Assembly: GCF_003584645.1 (NCBI RefSeq)
Contig: NZ_AP017928.1
Location: 1,928,395-1,960,394, forward strand
DNA: 32,000 nt
Direction: 5' to 3'
Source of the DNA: Methylocaldum marinum
GTDB lineage: Bacteria; Pseudomonadota; Gammaproteobacteria; Methylococcales; Methylococcaceae
A program made the translations under genes and the position numbers. A model generated the notes under the pieces. It was not told where the DNA came from. It was given only the letters and a program-made list of their open reading frames with translations, and did not search any database. Below, piece by piece: positions 1-10,775 of this stretch. Every line of letters starts with the position of its first letter. The first letter of the stretch is position 1.

Positions 1-1
1 C

Positions 2-165
2 CAGCACTTGCTGGAGCGGCCCGTAGATCGGTTGGTCAACGACAACACCCTGGTGGCGCTGGCACTGCTGGTGGCCGAGAGCAAGCCGGAGCAGAAGGAA
101 TTGATGGTGAAGCTGGTGGAGCATTTTGTACTGCTAAAAGACAGTGCCAACACAGGGGGCATCTG

Positions 166-166
<1 letters not shown>
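2..166 (+). CDS. 3' end of an upstream gene of unknown product (partial)
   Basis: Open frame from the window edge reads ...LVNDNTLVALALLVAESKPEQKELMVKLVEHFVLLKDSANTGGI*. Its TGA (164-166) overlaps the hsdR ATG (166-168) by 1 nt, suggesting the same operon. No recognisable motif. Confidence 0.45.
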
Positions 167-2028
<1,862 letters not shown>

Positions 2029-2032
2029 TCTG

Positions 2033-3328
<1,296 letters not shown>

Positions 3329-3335
3329 GGGCCTC

Positions 3336-3362
3336 CAGTTATTCGAAGTTTTCGAATAACTG
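3336..3362 (+). terminator. Perfect 12-bp-arm palindrome CAGTTATTCGAA-gtt-TTCGAATAACTG right after hsdR
   Basis: Read directly. It starts 8 nt after the hsdR stop and ends 6 nt before ATG 3369. The AT-rich stem has no downstream T-tract, so it could be a terminator or an operator. Confidence 0.4.
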
Positions 3363-3425
3363 CCTCCGATGGCAAATACGCCAACACCAACACACGCCGG
3401 CGCTGAACAACGGGGAGTCAGCCTG

Positions 3426-4256
3426 ATGAGATTCAGCCCAACCTGGTACCTGCTCGAACAGGAAGGACTCCTGGCCCAAGCCTGCCTCTGCAATGGCCTC
3501 ACGGCGCTGCGCCGCGCCAATCTGGGGGACAAGAAGGGATTGTTCTATTCGGTGTTCTTCGAGCTATCGATTGGTCTTGAGCGGGTGTTGAAGCTGGTCT
3601 TGATCCTCGACCATATGGCGCGCAACCAGCTGGTTCCTCCCGACAGTAAAACCGTCGAGGGCTATGGACACAAGCTTCGTGCCCTCTTCGACGCCTCAAG
3701 GGTTGTCTGCGCTACGCGCAACGTGACCGCACTCGATGGATTTCAATCCGACTCATTGCCGATCGTAATCTTGGGCTTCCTTGACGATTTTGCTCACCCT
3801 GGAGGGCGCTATTCCAACATCAACAAGCTGACCGGCCACAGGCATCAGAAAATGGTCGCCCCGATCGCACGGTGGGGCGAGATTGCGAGCCAGATCATGC
3901 AAACGCAGGCCACCCCGCGGGAACGCGAACGAGCTCAGATGAACGGACGGATGGCAAGTATTGCGTTTGGTGACGCTGCAGCCAGCCTGATGAGTGATCT
4001 CGACCAGCAACACATGGATGTAGCGCCGCTGCACGTCCGAGCCTCGGAACTGGATACCGCCGCCAAGTACGCCATCCACGCACTGGTCACCCTGATCGCC
4101 GTGTTGCGCGATGTGATCGACTCGCTTTGTGACAGTGCGTGGGCGGTCAATCGGGCCGCTCAATCCGGCGCAGCTGAGGTGCCAGCCATGAAAGAGTTTT
4201 TCCAGTTTGCCTGGGCTGACAAACAGTACGTGATGCGGAAGCGGCAGTGGCCATGA
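3426..4256 (+). CDS. Hypothetical protein (possible weak HEPN-like helical N-terminus)
   Basis: Long ORF (track 3369..4256). ATG 3426 has the SD GGGGAG 8 nt upstream, whereas ATG 3369 has none. 'FFELSIGLERVLKLVL...GYGHKLRALF' resembles the helix pair of non-catalytic HEPN domains, judged from memory only. Sits between hsdR and a Fic gene. Confidence 0.6.
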   Translation: MRFSPTWYLLEQEGLLAQACLCNGLTALRRANLGDKKGLFYSVFFELSIGLERVLKLVLILDHMARNQLVPPDSKTVEGYGHKLRALFDASRVVCATRNVTALDGFQSDSLPIVILGFLDDFAHPGGRYSNINKLTGHRHQKMVAPIARWGEIASQIMQTQATPRERERAQMNGRMASIAFGDAAASLMSDLDQQHMDVAPLHVRASELDTAAKYAIHALVTLIAVLRDVIDSLCDSAWAVNRAAQSGAAEVPAMKEFFQFAWADKQYVMRKRQWP

Positions 4257-4428
4257 CCGATTGAGACAAGATCCTGCTTCTTGGGGCAGTGCCGCCCGAC
4301 AACTGTAAAGGCATCCTTGGCGGGGGGCGGCCGGCGGCAGACCCTCCGATCAAAGGCTGCTTTAATGCTGGCGCTTAGTATTAAAGAATGCTTTAATACG
4401 GCAAGTTCACATTAAAAATGACTTTAGC

Positions 4429-5577
4429 ATGAAGCGGACCACGGGCACTTACGCCATCTCGACCACGCCGGGTGAACCGGTTTGGGTCTTCGTCCCACAT
4501 CCCCTGCCGCCCAGCAACCCTGAGCTGGCCCCAGAGGCGTATGCCGACCTGAATCATCAGGCAGAGCTGGCGCTCGCCCGCCTGTCCGGGGTGTCCGGGC
4601 TGGTGCCGTCGGTGGACTGGCTGCTGTACAGCGCGATCCGCAAGGAGGCCCTGCTCACCTCACAAATCGAAGGTACCCAGGCGACATTGACCGATCTGTT
4701 CGACAAGGAAGCAGGTTTCGCCGTCAGCAACACGGACGATGTCGAGGAAGTCACCAACTATCTGCGCGCCTTTCGGCTGGTGCAGGACAACCTGCGCGAT
4801 CCCAACGGGCTGCCCATCAGTGTGCGCCTCCTGTGTGAGGCCCACCGTGTCCTGCTGGACGGGGTGCGAGGTGCCGGGAAGCAGCCCGGCGAACTGCGGC
4901 GCTCCCAGAACTGGATCGGCGGTACCCGTCCGGGCAACGCCGCCTTCGTGCCGCCACCGGCCGACCGGGTGGCAGATCTGCTGGGCGACCTGGAGCAATT
5001 CATTCACGACGAGGCAGGCACGCTGCCGCCGCTGGTCAGGATCGCGCTGGCACACGCCCAGTTCGAAACCATCCACCCCTTCCTCGATGGCAATGGTCGC
5101 ATTGGGCGCTTGCTGATCGCCGCACTGCTGGAACACTGGGGATTGCTGGCGGAACCGCTTATGTACGTCAGCGGTTACCTGAAGCAGCATCAGGCCGAGT
5201 ACTACCGGCGCCTGTCGATCATCCGCACCGAAGGCGACTGGGAATTCTGGGTCGCGCTCTTCCTTGAAGGCGTGGCGACGGCCGCCAGTGACGCCGAACG
5301 CAGCATCATCGCCATCGCCAGCCTGATCGCGGCGGATCGGCGCCGCCTGCTCGAAGCACCCAAGGCCAGCCCCGCCAGCTACCGGCTGTTCGAGTTGCTG
5401 CCCATGATGCCGCGCTTCACCATCGAGCGGGTGCGGCAAAAACTGGAAACCACCTTTCCGACCGCCACTGCCGCCGTCAAGGTACTGGAAGATCTGGGCA
5501 TCGTGACGGAAATGACCGGCCAGAAGAAGAATCGCAGCTACAGCTACCAACCCTACATCGAGCTGCTGTCGCGGTGA
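4429..5577 (+). CDS. Fic/DOC family protein (Fic_N + Fic core + C-terminal wHTH-like tail)
   Basis: Fic motif 'HPFLDGNGRIGRLL'. N-terminal auto-inhibition motif (S/T)xxxE(G/N) present as 'TSQIEG'. 382 aa, intact. Confidence 0.93.
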   Translation: MKRTTGTYAISTTPGEPVWVFVPHPLPPSNPELAPEAYADLNHQAELALARLSGVSGLVPSVDWLLYSAIRKEALLTSQIEGTQATLTDLFDKEAGFAVSNTDDVEEVTNYLRAFRLVQDNLRDPNGLPISVRLLCEAHRVLLDGVRGAGKQPGELRRSQNWIGGTRPGNAAFVPPPADRVADLLGDLEQFIHDEAGTLPPLVRIALAHAQFETIHPFLDGNGRIGRLLIAALLEHWGLLAEPLMYVSGYLKQHQAEYYRRLSIIRTEGDWEFWVALFLEGVATAASDAERSIIAIASLIAADRRRLLEAPKASPASYRLFELLPMMPRFTIERVRQKLETTFPTATAAVKVLEDLGIVTEMTGQKKNRSYSYQPYIELLSR

Positions 5578-5694
5578 TCACGCGGGAATTCGCACCTGTC
5601 TGCATGGGTCCGAAATGGCTGACCGAAGACCCATTCCTGCGGTCAACCGTCCGCCACCAATTTACAAAAAGACAGACCCGTCCACTAACTCATT

Positions 5695-6305
5695 GAGGTA
5701 AGTCCCCGGCTTTGCCGGGGGACTCACCGAGGTTTGACCTGTACAACGGTCATCGTGAACCTGAAATCTCGACCAAGAGAAGGAGGTTCACAATGAAAGA
5801 GTACCAGAGTCTTTCCCACACCCGGTGGGATTGTAAGTATCATGTGGTGTTCATCCCGAAGCGGCGGAAGAAACAGATTTTTGGTGCGCTCAAGCGGCAT
5901 CTTGGAGAGATATTTCATGAGCTTGCCGGGCACAAGGAATCGAAAATAGTAGAAGGTCACCTGATGGGCGACCACGTTCATATGTGTATCAGCATTCCGC
6001 CGAAGTATGCGGTTTCGAACGTGGTGGGCTACATCAAGGGTAAGAGTGCGATCCAAATCGCCCGGCAGTTGGGGGGCGGCAGAGGAACTTCATCGGGGAG
6101 AATTTCTGGGCGAGGGGATATTTTGTGTCCACGGTGGGTTTGGATGAGGCTATGGTTCGGGCGTATATCCGCCATCAGGAACAGGAGGATGAGCGTATTG
6201 ACCAGATGAAGCTGGGCCTGTAAACAGCCGCCTTGGGCGGCTCATGATTTTACGGCGCCTTCGAGGCGCTCACCCAATAAGCCCCCGGCTTTGCCGGGGG
6301 TGATT
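5695..6305 (+). mobile_element. IS200/IS605-family insertion sequence (tnpA only); ends approximate
   Basis: Y1-transposase gene flanked by two copies of the same subterminal hairpin CCCCGGC-TTT-GCCGGGG (5704-5722 and 6284-6302). Further hairpins lie at 6226-6243 and 6254-6270. Confidence 0.85.
5793..6223 (+). pseudogene. tnpA: IS200/IS605 family transposase TnpA (Y1/HUH), frameshifted
   Basis: SD AGGAGG at 5781-5786, then ATG 5793. 'MKEYQSLSHTRWDCKYHVVFIPKRRK...GDHVHMCISIPPKYAVS' carries the HUH motif. After the G6 run at 6071-6076 the conserved tail 'RQRNFIGENFWARGYFVSTVGLDE...DQMKLGL*' continues in another frame to TAA 6221-6223. The 431 nt length is not a multiple of 3. Confidence 0.85.
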
Positions 6306-6396
6306 TAACTGCGTCCGGTTGCTGGGCGGGGTTTCTTTTTCTGCGTATTGTCAGCGACTTACGTTGCTTTCACGGGTGTCCGCGCTACCGCCCCGA

Positions 6397-6585
6397 TTAC
6401 TCCCTTTTCGGAAAATCCGTCATACCCCACTTCTCTTTCGCCTGACAATTTTCCGCATTCTTCCCCCATTCTCCGGACCTCGTCCGGTTTGCTGCATTTT
6501 TTCCCGCAACCGCTGTTCGGCGATATTGTCGGAAAACTGGTTGATTCTCTTCATGATTGAAGTCAAACAGGTCGTTGATCTCCAT
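6397..6585 (-). CDS. Small hypothetical ORF (62 aa), divergent from the XRE gene
   Basis: The only support is a strong SD: GAGGAG, 9 nt, then ATG on the minus strand (MEINDLFDFNHEENQ...). No recognisable family. A second overlapping frame is also open. Confidence 0.25.
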   Translation of the reverse strand: MEINDLFDFNHEENQPVFRQYRRTAVAGKNAANRTRSGEWGKNAENCQAKEKWGMTDFPKRE

Positions 6586-6860
6586 GGTCGGTCGCTCCTC
6601 ATTGTGGGTTATGCCCTTACATACCGGAGAGACGGAGAAAGTGCCGGGCGGCGGCTGAAGTTTTTTTGTACTGACAACCATTGGGCTTACTTACCGGATG
6701 GCATTGCCAAGTGTCGGAAAATCCTAAAACAACTTGCCAATTTTCCGTTTTTCACATGCGTTGTCGCCTGCTATATTGAGGGCCGTAATTATGCGTTGGG
6801 CAAACTTCGTTCGTTCGCTGGCATGAAACTGTCGTGCACCAGGAATTGAGGCAAACCGAT

Positions 6861-7082
6861 ATGGCTAAGGCACCGGAAAATTTTGCGGAGATCGTCAAAG
6901 AGGTGCGCCAGCAACTTGGACTCAGCCAGGAAGAGCTGGCCCATGAACTGGGCGTGAGCTTTTCCACGATCAACCGCTGGGAAAACCGCAAGACGGTGCC
7001 CTTCAAGCTGGCGAGGAAGCAATTCGAAGCCTTTTGTGAGCGGATGAAAGAGCAGGGGAAGTTGAAGCATGCCCCGGACTGA
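6861..7082 (+). CDS. XRE-family helix-turn-helix transcriptional regulator (73 aa)
   Basis: 'VRQQLGLSQEELAHELGVSFSTINRWENRKTVP' is a classic HTH_3 signature. ATG 6861 chosen over the track's GTG 6834. The stop overlaps the next ORF by 14 nt. Confidence 0.8.
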   Translation: MAKAPENFAEIVKEVRQQLGLSQEELAHELGVSFSTINRWENRKTVPFKLARKQFEAFCERMKEQGKLKHAPD

Positions 7083-7414
7083 AGCCCAAACCCGCTCGGA
7101 TCTGATTGACAGCCAGGTCGCCCAGTCGGGCTGGAACGTCAAAGTCCCCACCCAGGTCGTCGAGGAGTTCGACATTCTGACTCCGCTTCCCCAGGGAGTT
7201 GCCGAACCGCGTACACCTTATGAAGGGCATCAATTCAGCGACTATGTGTTGCTCGGCAAGGACCACAAGCCCCTGGCCGTGGTCGAGGCCAAGAAATCGA
7301 GCAAGGACGCAGCACTGGGTCGCGAGCAGGCCAAGCAATACTGCTACAACATCCAGAGACAACGGGGGTGAACTGCCGTTCCGCTTCTACACCAACGGGC
7401 ACGACATCGATTTC
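7069..7414 (+). pseudogene. HsdR_N / Mrr-like PD-(D/E)xK nuclease domain ORF, frameshifted
   Basis: 'MPRTEAQTRSDLIDSQVAQSGWNV...DYVLLGKDHKPLAVVEAKKSSKDAALGREQAKQY' matches the N-terminal nuclease domain of EcoEI-type R proteins. The frame ends at TGA 7369-7371 right after a G5 run (7364-7368). The conserved continuation 'GELPFRFYTNGHDIDF' is in the next frame. Confidence 0.7.
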
Positions 7415-7790
7415 ATCGTGGTCTCGGTAAGCCACCCCGACTACAACACCCTGGGCGCGTCCATCAACAAGATCACCATGGCCACCTTCGGCAAGCGCGA
7501 GACCATCGGACTCCGTGCACAGGGGATTCTTAACGATTTCCGCAAAGATTTTGAACAAGGAAAAGACAAAGAGCAGCTTATCGCCGAAATCAACCGCCGC
7601 TCGGCGACTCGGTGGAAAAGGTCCTGCTCATCAAGACCATTCTCGACAGCGCCGATATCGCCGCCATCCATCCTGACCTGAGCGAGCAGCTGGCTTCATT
7701 CTTCAAGGAGCTCTATTCCCAGCAACTGCTCGACCTTAAGGCACTACGGGAAAAAATCGGCCAGATTGTGATGAACACTATCAGGCATTC
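7415..7790 (+). pseudogene. Out-of-frame ORF pieces of unknown function linking the nuclease-domain fragment to the HNH ORF
   Basis: Frame 2 is open to 7681 ('IVVSVSHPDYNTLGASINKI...KDKEQLIAEINRR'). Frame 1 is open from 7555 ('LGDSVEKVLLIKTILDSADIAAIHPDLSEQLASFFKELYSQQLLDLKALREKIGQIV'). Both read like helical protein sequence. No independent SD or ATG. Confidence 0.35.
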
Positions 7791-8402
7791 ATGCAGGCGA
7801 ACACCACCGGCAAATGTCCGTTCTGCGGCCTCGGCGACATCAAGGGGGTGCATCACACCAGGCGCGAGGCTTATGACCATTACCTACCCAAGGCGCTCTA
7901 TCCCTTCAATTCGATCAATTTCCGAAATCTTGCACCGGCCTGCCACGAGTGCAACAGCACCTACAAACTCAGCAAAGACCCGACACACAATGCAGCTGGA
8001 CGGCGCAAGGCTTTCTATCCCTATACGACCGGTGCCTCCCCAATCGAAATCACTGTCGAACTCAACACCTCGGATATTGATCACCTGAAACCAACCGACA
8101 TCCAACTCACCTTCGGCCCGGCCGCTGTCCACGAGGAGATCGAGACCTGGAAAGAGGTGTACGGTATTGATGAGCGTTACAAGGCGAAATGCTGCGATGG
8201 TGACGCCAAGGACTGGCTTGAGCAGCTGCGTATTCTGCGCGATGCTCACAGCATTGCACCGGACGCCTCCCTTGCCACCGTTCAGCAACAGACCGCGAAA
8301 GCGCCGGTTGCCAACAGCAACTTCCTGAAACTGGCCTTACTCGAAGGCTGCCAGCGGGCCGGTCTGTTTAAGGCTATTGCAATGGAGGGAGCCGCGCCAT
8401 GA
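7791..8402 (+). CDS. HNH endonuclease domain protein (possibly N-terminally truncated)
   Basis: 'CPFCG...HHTRREAYDHYLPKALYP...NLAPACHECNSTYK' gives CxxC ... DH ... N ... CxxCN, i.e. a zinc-finger HNH resembling the TIGR02646/PtuB-like class, judged from memory. The first Cys is only 9 residues after an ATG that lacks an SD. Confidence 0.7.
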   Translation: MQANTTGKCPFCGLGDIKGVHHTRREAYDHYLPKALYPFNSINFRNLAPACHECNSTYKLSKDPTHNAAGRRKAFYPYTTGASPIEITVELNTSDIDHLKPTDIQLTFGPAAVHEEIETWKEVYGIDERYKAKCCDGDAKDWLEQLRILRDAHSIAPDASLATVQQQTAKAPVANSNFLKLALLEGCQRAGLFKAIAMEGAAP

Positions 8403-8545
8403 CCTTTGCCCCCCACATTCATCATCACCAGCCGCAAGACCCAAGCGATCACCCGTATCGAAGAGGCATCTTCTGCGTGGAATCGTTTTGAGCTGGGGCA
8501 CTGCACGACATCGTTTGCGCCATTTCAAACAGCCAGGGAGGCAAC

Positions 8546-9292
8546 ATGAAATATCAGCCGCCCTACACCATCACGCCGGCAATTGTGAATCTGGTTGCCG
8601 AAATTGGCGAAGCCATCGACCGCTACACTGTGCTGGCGGAACAGAACCTAACTCCGCGCCTGCGCCGGGAGAACCGCATCCGTACCATCCAAGCCTCGCT
8701 GGCCATCGAGAACAACACGCTCCCCCTTGGACAGGTAACCGCCGTGATCGAGGGCAAACGGGTGTTGGGGCACCCCCGCGAGATTCAGGAAGTGCGTAAC
8801 GCCTTTGCGACCTACGAAGCCATGGATGACTGGGACGCCAGCGCCGAGGAGGATCTGTTGGCGGCTCACGAGTTGCTGATGCGCGGGCTGGTGGATGAAA
8901 CGGGTCGATATCGATCCGGCGGGGTTGGCATATTCCGGGGGGAGCAGTTGGTGCACATGGCTCCCCCCGCTGATCGTGTGCCCAAGCTGATGGAGGATCT
9001 GCTAAGTTGTCTGGAAAACACCAACGAACATCCCTTGGTGGCCAGCTGCGTCTTTCACTACGCGTTTGAATTCATCCATCCCTTTGCCGACGGCAACCGG
9101 CGGCTGGGACGGCTGTGGCAAACCCTGATTCTCCGGAACTGGAAACCGCTGCTGGCTTACCTGCCGGTGGAGACCGTGATCCGAGATCGTCAGGAGGATT
9201 ATTACCGGATCCTCGCGGTGGCCGACCAACAGGCGAATGCCACACCGTTTATCGAGTTCATGCTGGGCGCGTTGCACGATGCCGTGCGCTAG
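8546..9292 (+). pseudogene. Fic/DOC family protein, core domain, terminated by an in-frame TAG
   Basis: SD GGGAGG precedes ATG 8546. Inhibitory motif 'SLAIEN' and Fic motif 'HPFADGNRRLGRL'. After TAG 9290-9292 the same frame continues with the conserved Fic C-terminal tail 'TDQVGDQVTALIRAIGNGELGSNDLMQALGLSHRPTFRNNY' up to the IS630 junction at 9423. Confidence 0.85.
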
Positions 9293-9423
9293 GCTGTATC
9301 GACCGACCAAGTAGGCGACCAAGTAACAGCACTGATCCGTGCGATTGGGAACGGTGAGTTGGGCAGCAACGATTTGATGCAGGCTTTGGGTTTGTCTCAC
9401 CGCCCCACGTTCCGGAACAACTA

Positions 9424-10535
9424 CTGCTTACTTGCATTAAACACCGATATGCTGCATCTTGGTGATATGGCTAAGATGCAGCAACTGACATGTGATGAGA
9501 AGACCCGAAGGATTCTGGAACAGCGGAGGAGCAGCCAAACGGAATTGCACAGAAACGTGTTTCGGGCACGCATTATCTTGGGGTGCCTGGACGGACGAGG
9601 TGTCATGGAATTGGCGCGGGCACTCAACACCCGTCCCAACACAGTCATCAAGTGGCGCGATCGCTTTGCCGCGGGAGGACTGGCGGGGCTGGAAGATCGG
9701 CCACGGCCCGGTGCGCCTCGGCAGTTGCCGCCCGATTTGCGCGAGCAAATTCTGGGCGTTTTGGAAGAATCGCCGCCCCCTGGACAGGCGGTGTGGGATG
9801 GTGGTGCCGTGGCCCGGCGCTTGGGCGTTTCGCCACACGCGGTATGGCGGGTTTTGCGGCAGGAGGGAATTTGCCTGCAACGGCAACGTTCCTGGTGCGT
9901 TAGCACCGATCCGGAGTTCGTGGCCAAAGCCGCCGATATTGTCGGGCTCTATTTGGCGCCACCGACCAACGCGCTCGTAATTTGCGTGGACGAGAAACCG
10001 AGCATTCAGGCGTTGGAGCGGGCGAGCGGTTACGTGGAGACCGACAGCGGAAAAATCGTCCGGGGCTTCAAAAGTACCTACAAGCGCCATGGCACACTCA
10101 ACTTATTTGCGGCGCTGCAAGTAGCCACCGGGCACGTTCACAGCGCAACTACCGCCACGAAAACCCGCGAGGATTTCTTGGCCTTCATGGACCAAGTCGT
10201 CGCCGAGACCCCGGCGGACCAGGAATTACATGTGATTTTGGACAACTATTGCACGCACAAGCGCAACGAGGACTGGTTGGCCAAGAATCCCAGGGTTCAT
10301 TTTCACTTTACGCCAACCTCGGCCAGTTGGTTGAACCAAGTGGAAATCTGGTTCGGTATCCTGAGTCGGAAAGCCTTGCGCGGGGCCAGTTTCTCCAGCA
10401 TCGCTGAGTTACGGAACGCTATTGAAACGTTCATTGCCAACTATTCCCAAAATCCACGCCCATTCAAATGGCGCAAACGCGAAGTGCACGGCAGTCAACT
10501 CAAAAATACTATCGTTAATTTACGTAATTAAGCAC
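9424..10535 (+). mobile_element. IS630-family insertion sequence (1112 bp) with TA target-site duplication
   Basis: TA at 9422-9423 and TA at 10536-10537 flank the element. Imperfect terminal inverted repeats: cTGCTTActtgc... against the reverse complement of ...aatTAAGCAc, about 17 of the first 25 positions by eye. Removing the element and one TA restores the host reading frame. Confidence 0.9.
9467..10531 (+). CDS. IS630 family transposase (DDE, Tc1/mariner-like), intact
   Basis: 'MAKMQQL...' has an N-terminal HTH ('ELARALNTRPNTVIKWRDRF'). Catalytic residues lie in 'VICVDEKPSIQ', 'ILDNYCTHK' and 'WLNQVEIWF', with about 34-residue D-to-E spacing. The track ORF 9359.. is extended by read-through from the Fic tail. 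Confidence 0.9.
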   Translation: MAKMQQLTCDEKTRRILEQRRSSQTELHRNVFRARIILGCLDGRGVMELARALNTRPNTVIKWRDRFAAGGLAGLEDRPRPGAPRQLPPDLREQILGVLEESPPPGQAVWDGGAVARRLGVSPHAVWRVLRQEGICLQRQRSWCVSTDPEFVAKAADIVGLYLAPPTNALVICVDEKPSIQALERASGYVETDSGKIVRGFKSTYKRHGTLNLFAALQVATGHVHSATTATKTREDFLAFMDQVVAETPADQELHVILDNYCTHKRNEDWLAKNPRVHFHFTPTSASWLNQVEIWFGILSRKALRGASFSSIAELRNAIETFIANYSQNPRPFKWRKREVHGSQLKNTIVNLRN

Positions 10536-10670
10536 TACCTTAATCCGGCGCTGGAAGACGAATGGATCGAGCGCACACAACCCGATTCTCCGCGCAGCCC
10601 GACCCAGCGCTATAGGTTAACCGGCAAAAGCCAGCGGTGGCTGTTAAACCATGCCAATGGACGGAAGGTA
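10536..10670 (+). pseudogene. Displaced 3' end of the second Fic gene
   Basis: '(Y)LNPALEDEWIERTQPDSPRSPTQRYRLTGKSQRWL' continues the conserved Fic C-terminal wHTH tail exactly where IS630 interrupted it. The end point is approximate because the frame stays open to 11036. Confidence 0.6.
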
Positions 10671-10775
10671 ACTACCAAGTTCACCGAGACCTTGCGCAAG
10701 GATCAGAAGGCAGCGGTGCGGGAGATCATTTTTCCTGTTCTTTTCCTTTTCCTAGTCGATCAGCAACCGACCGGC

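Noticed and set aside
9359-10531. The track's 390-aa ORF as a single protein
   Set aside because: It is a chimera. The first about 21 codons are the interrupted Fic tail, which reads across the IS630 end into the transposase frame. The transposase proper starts at ATG 9467.
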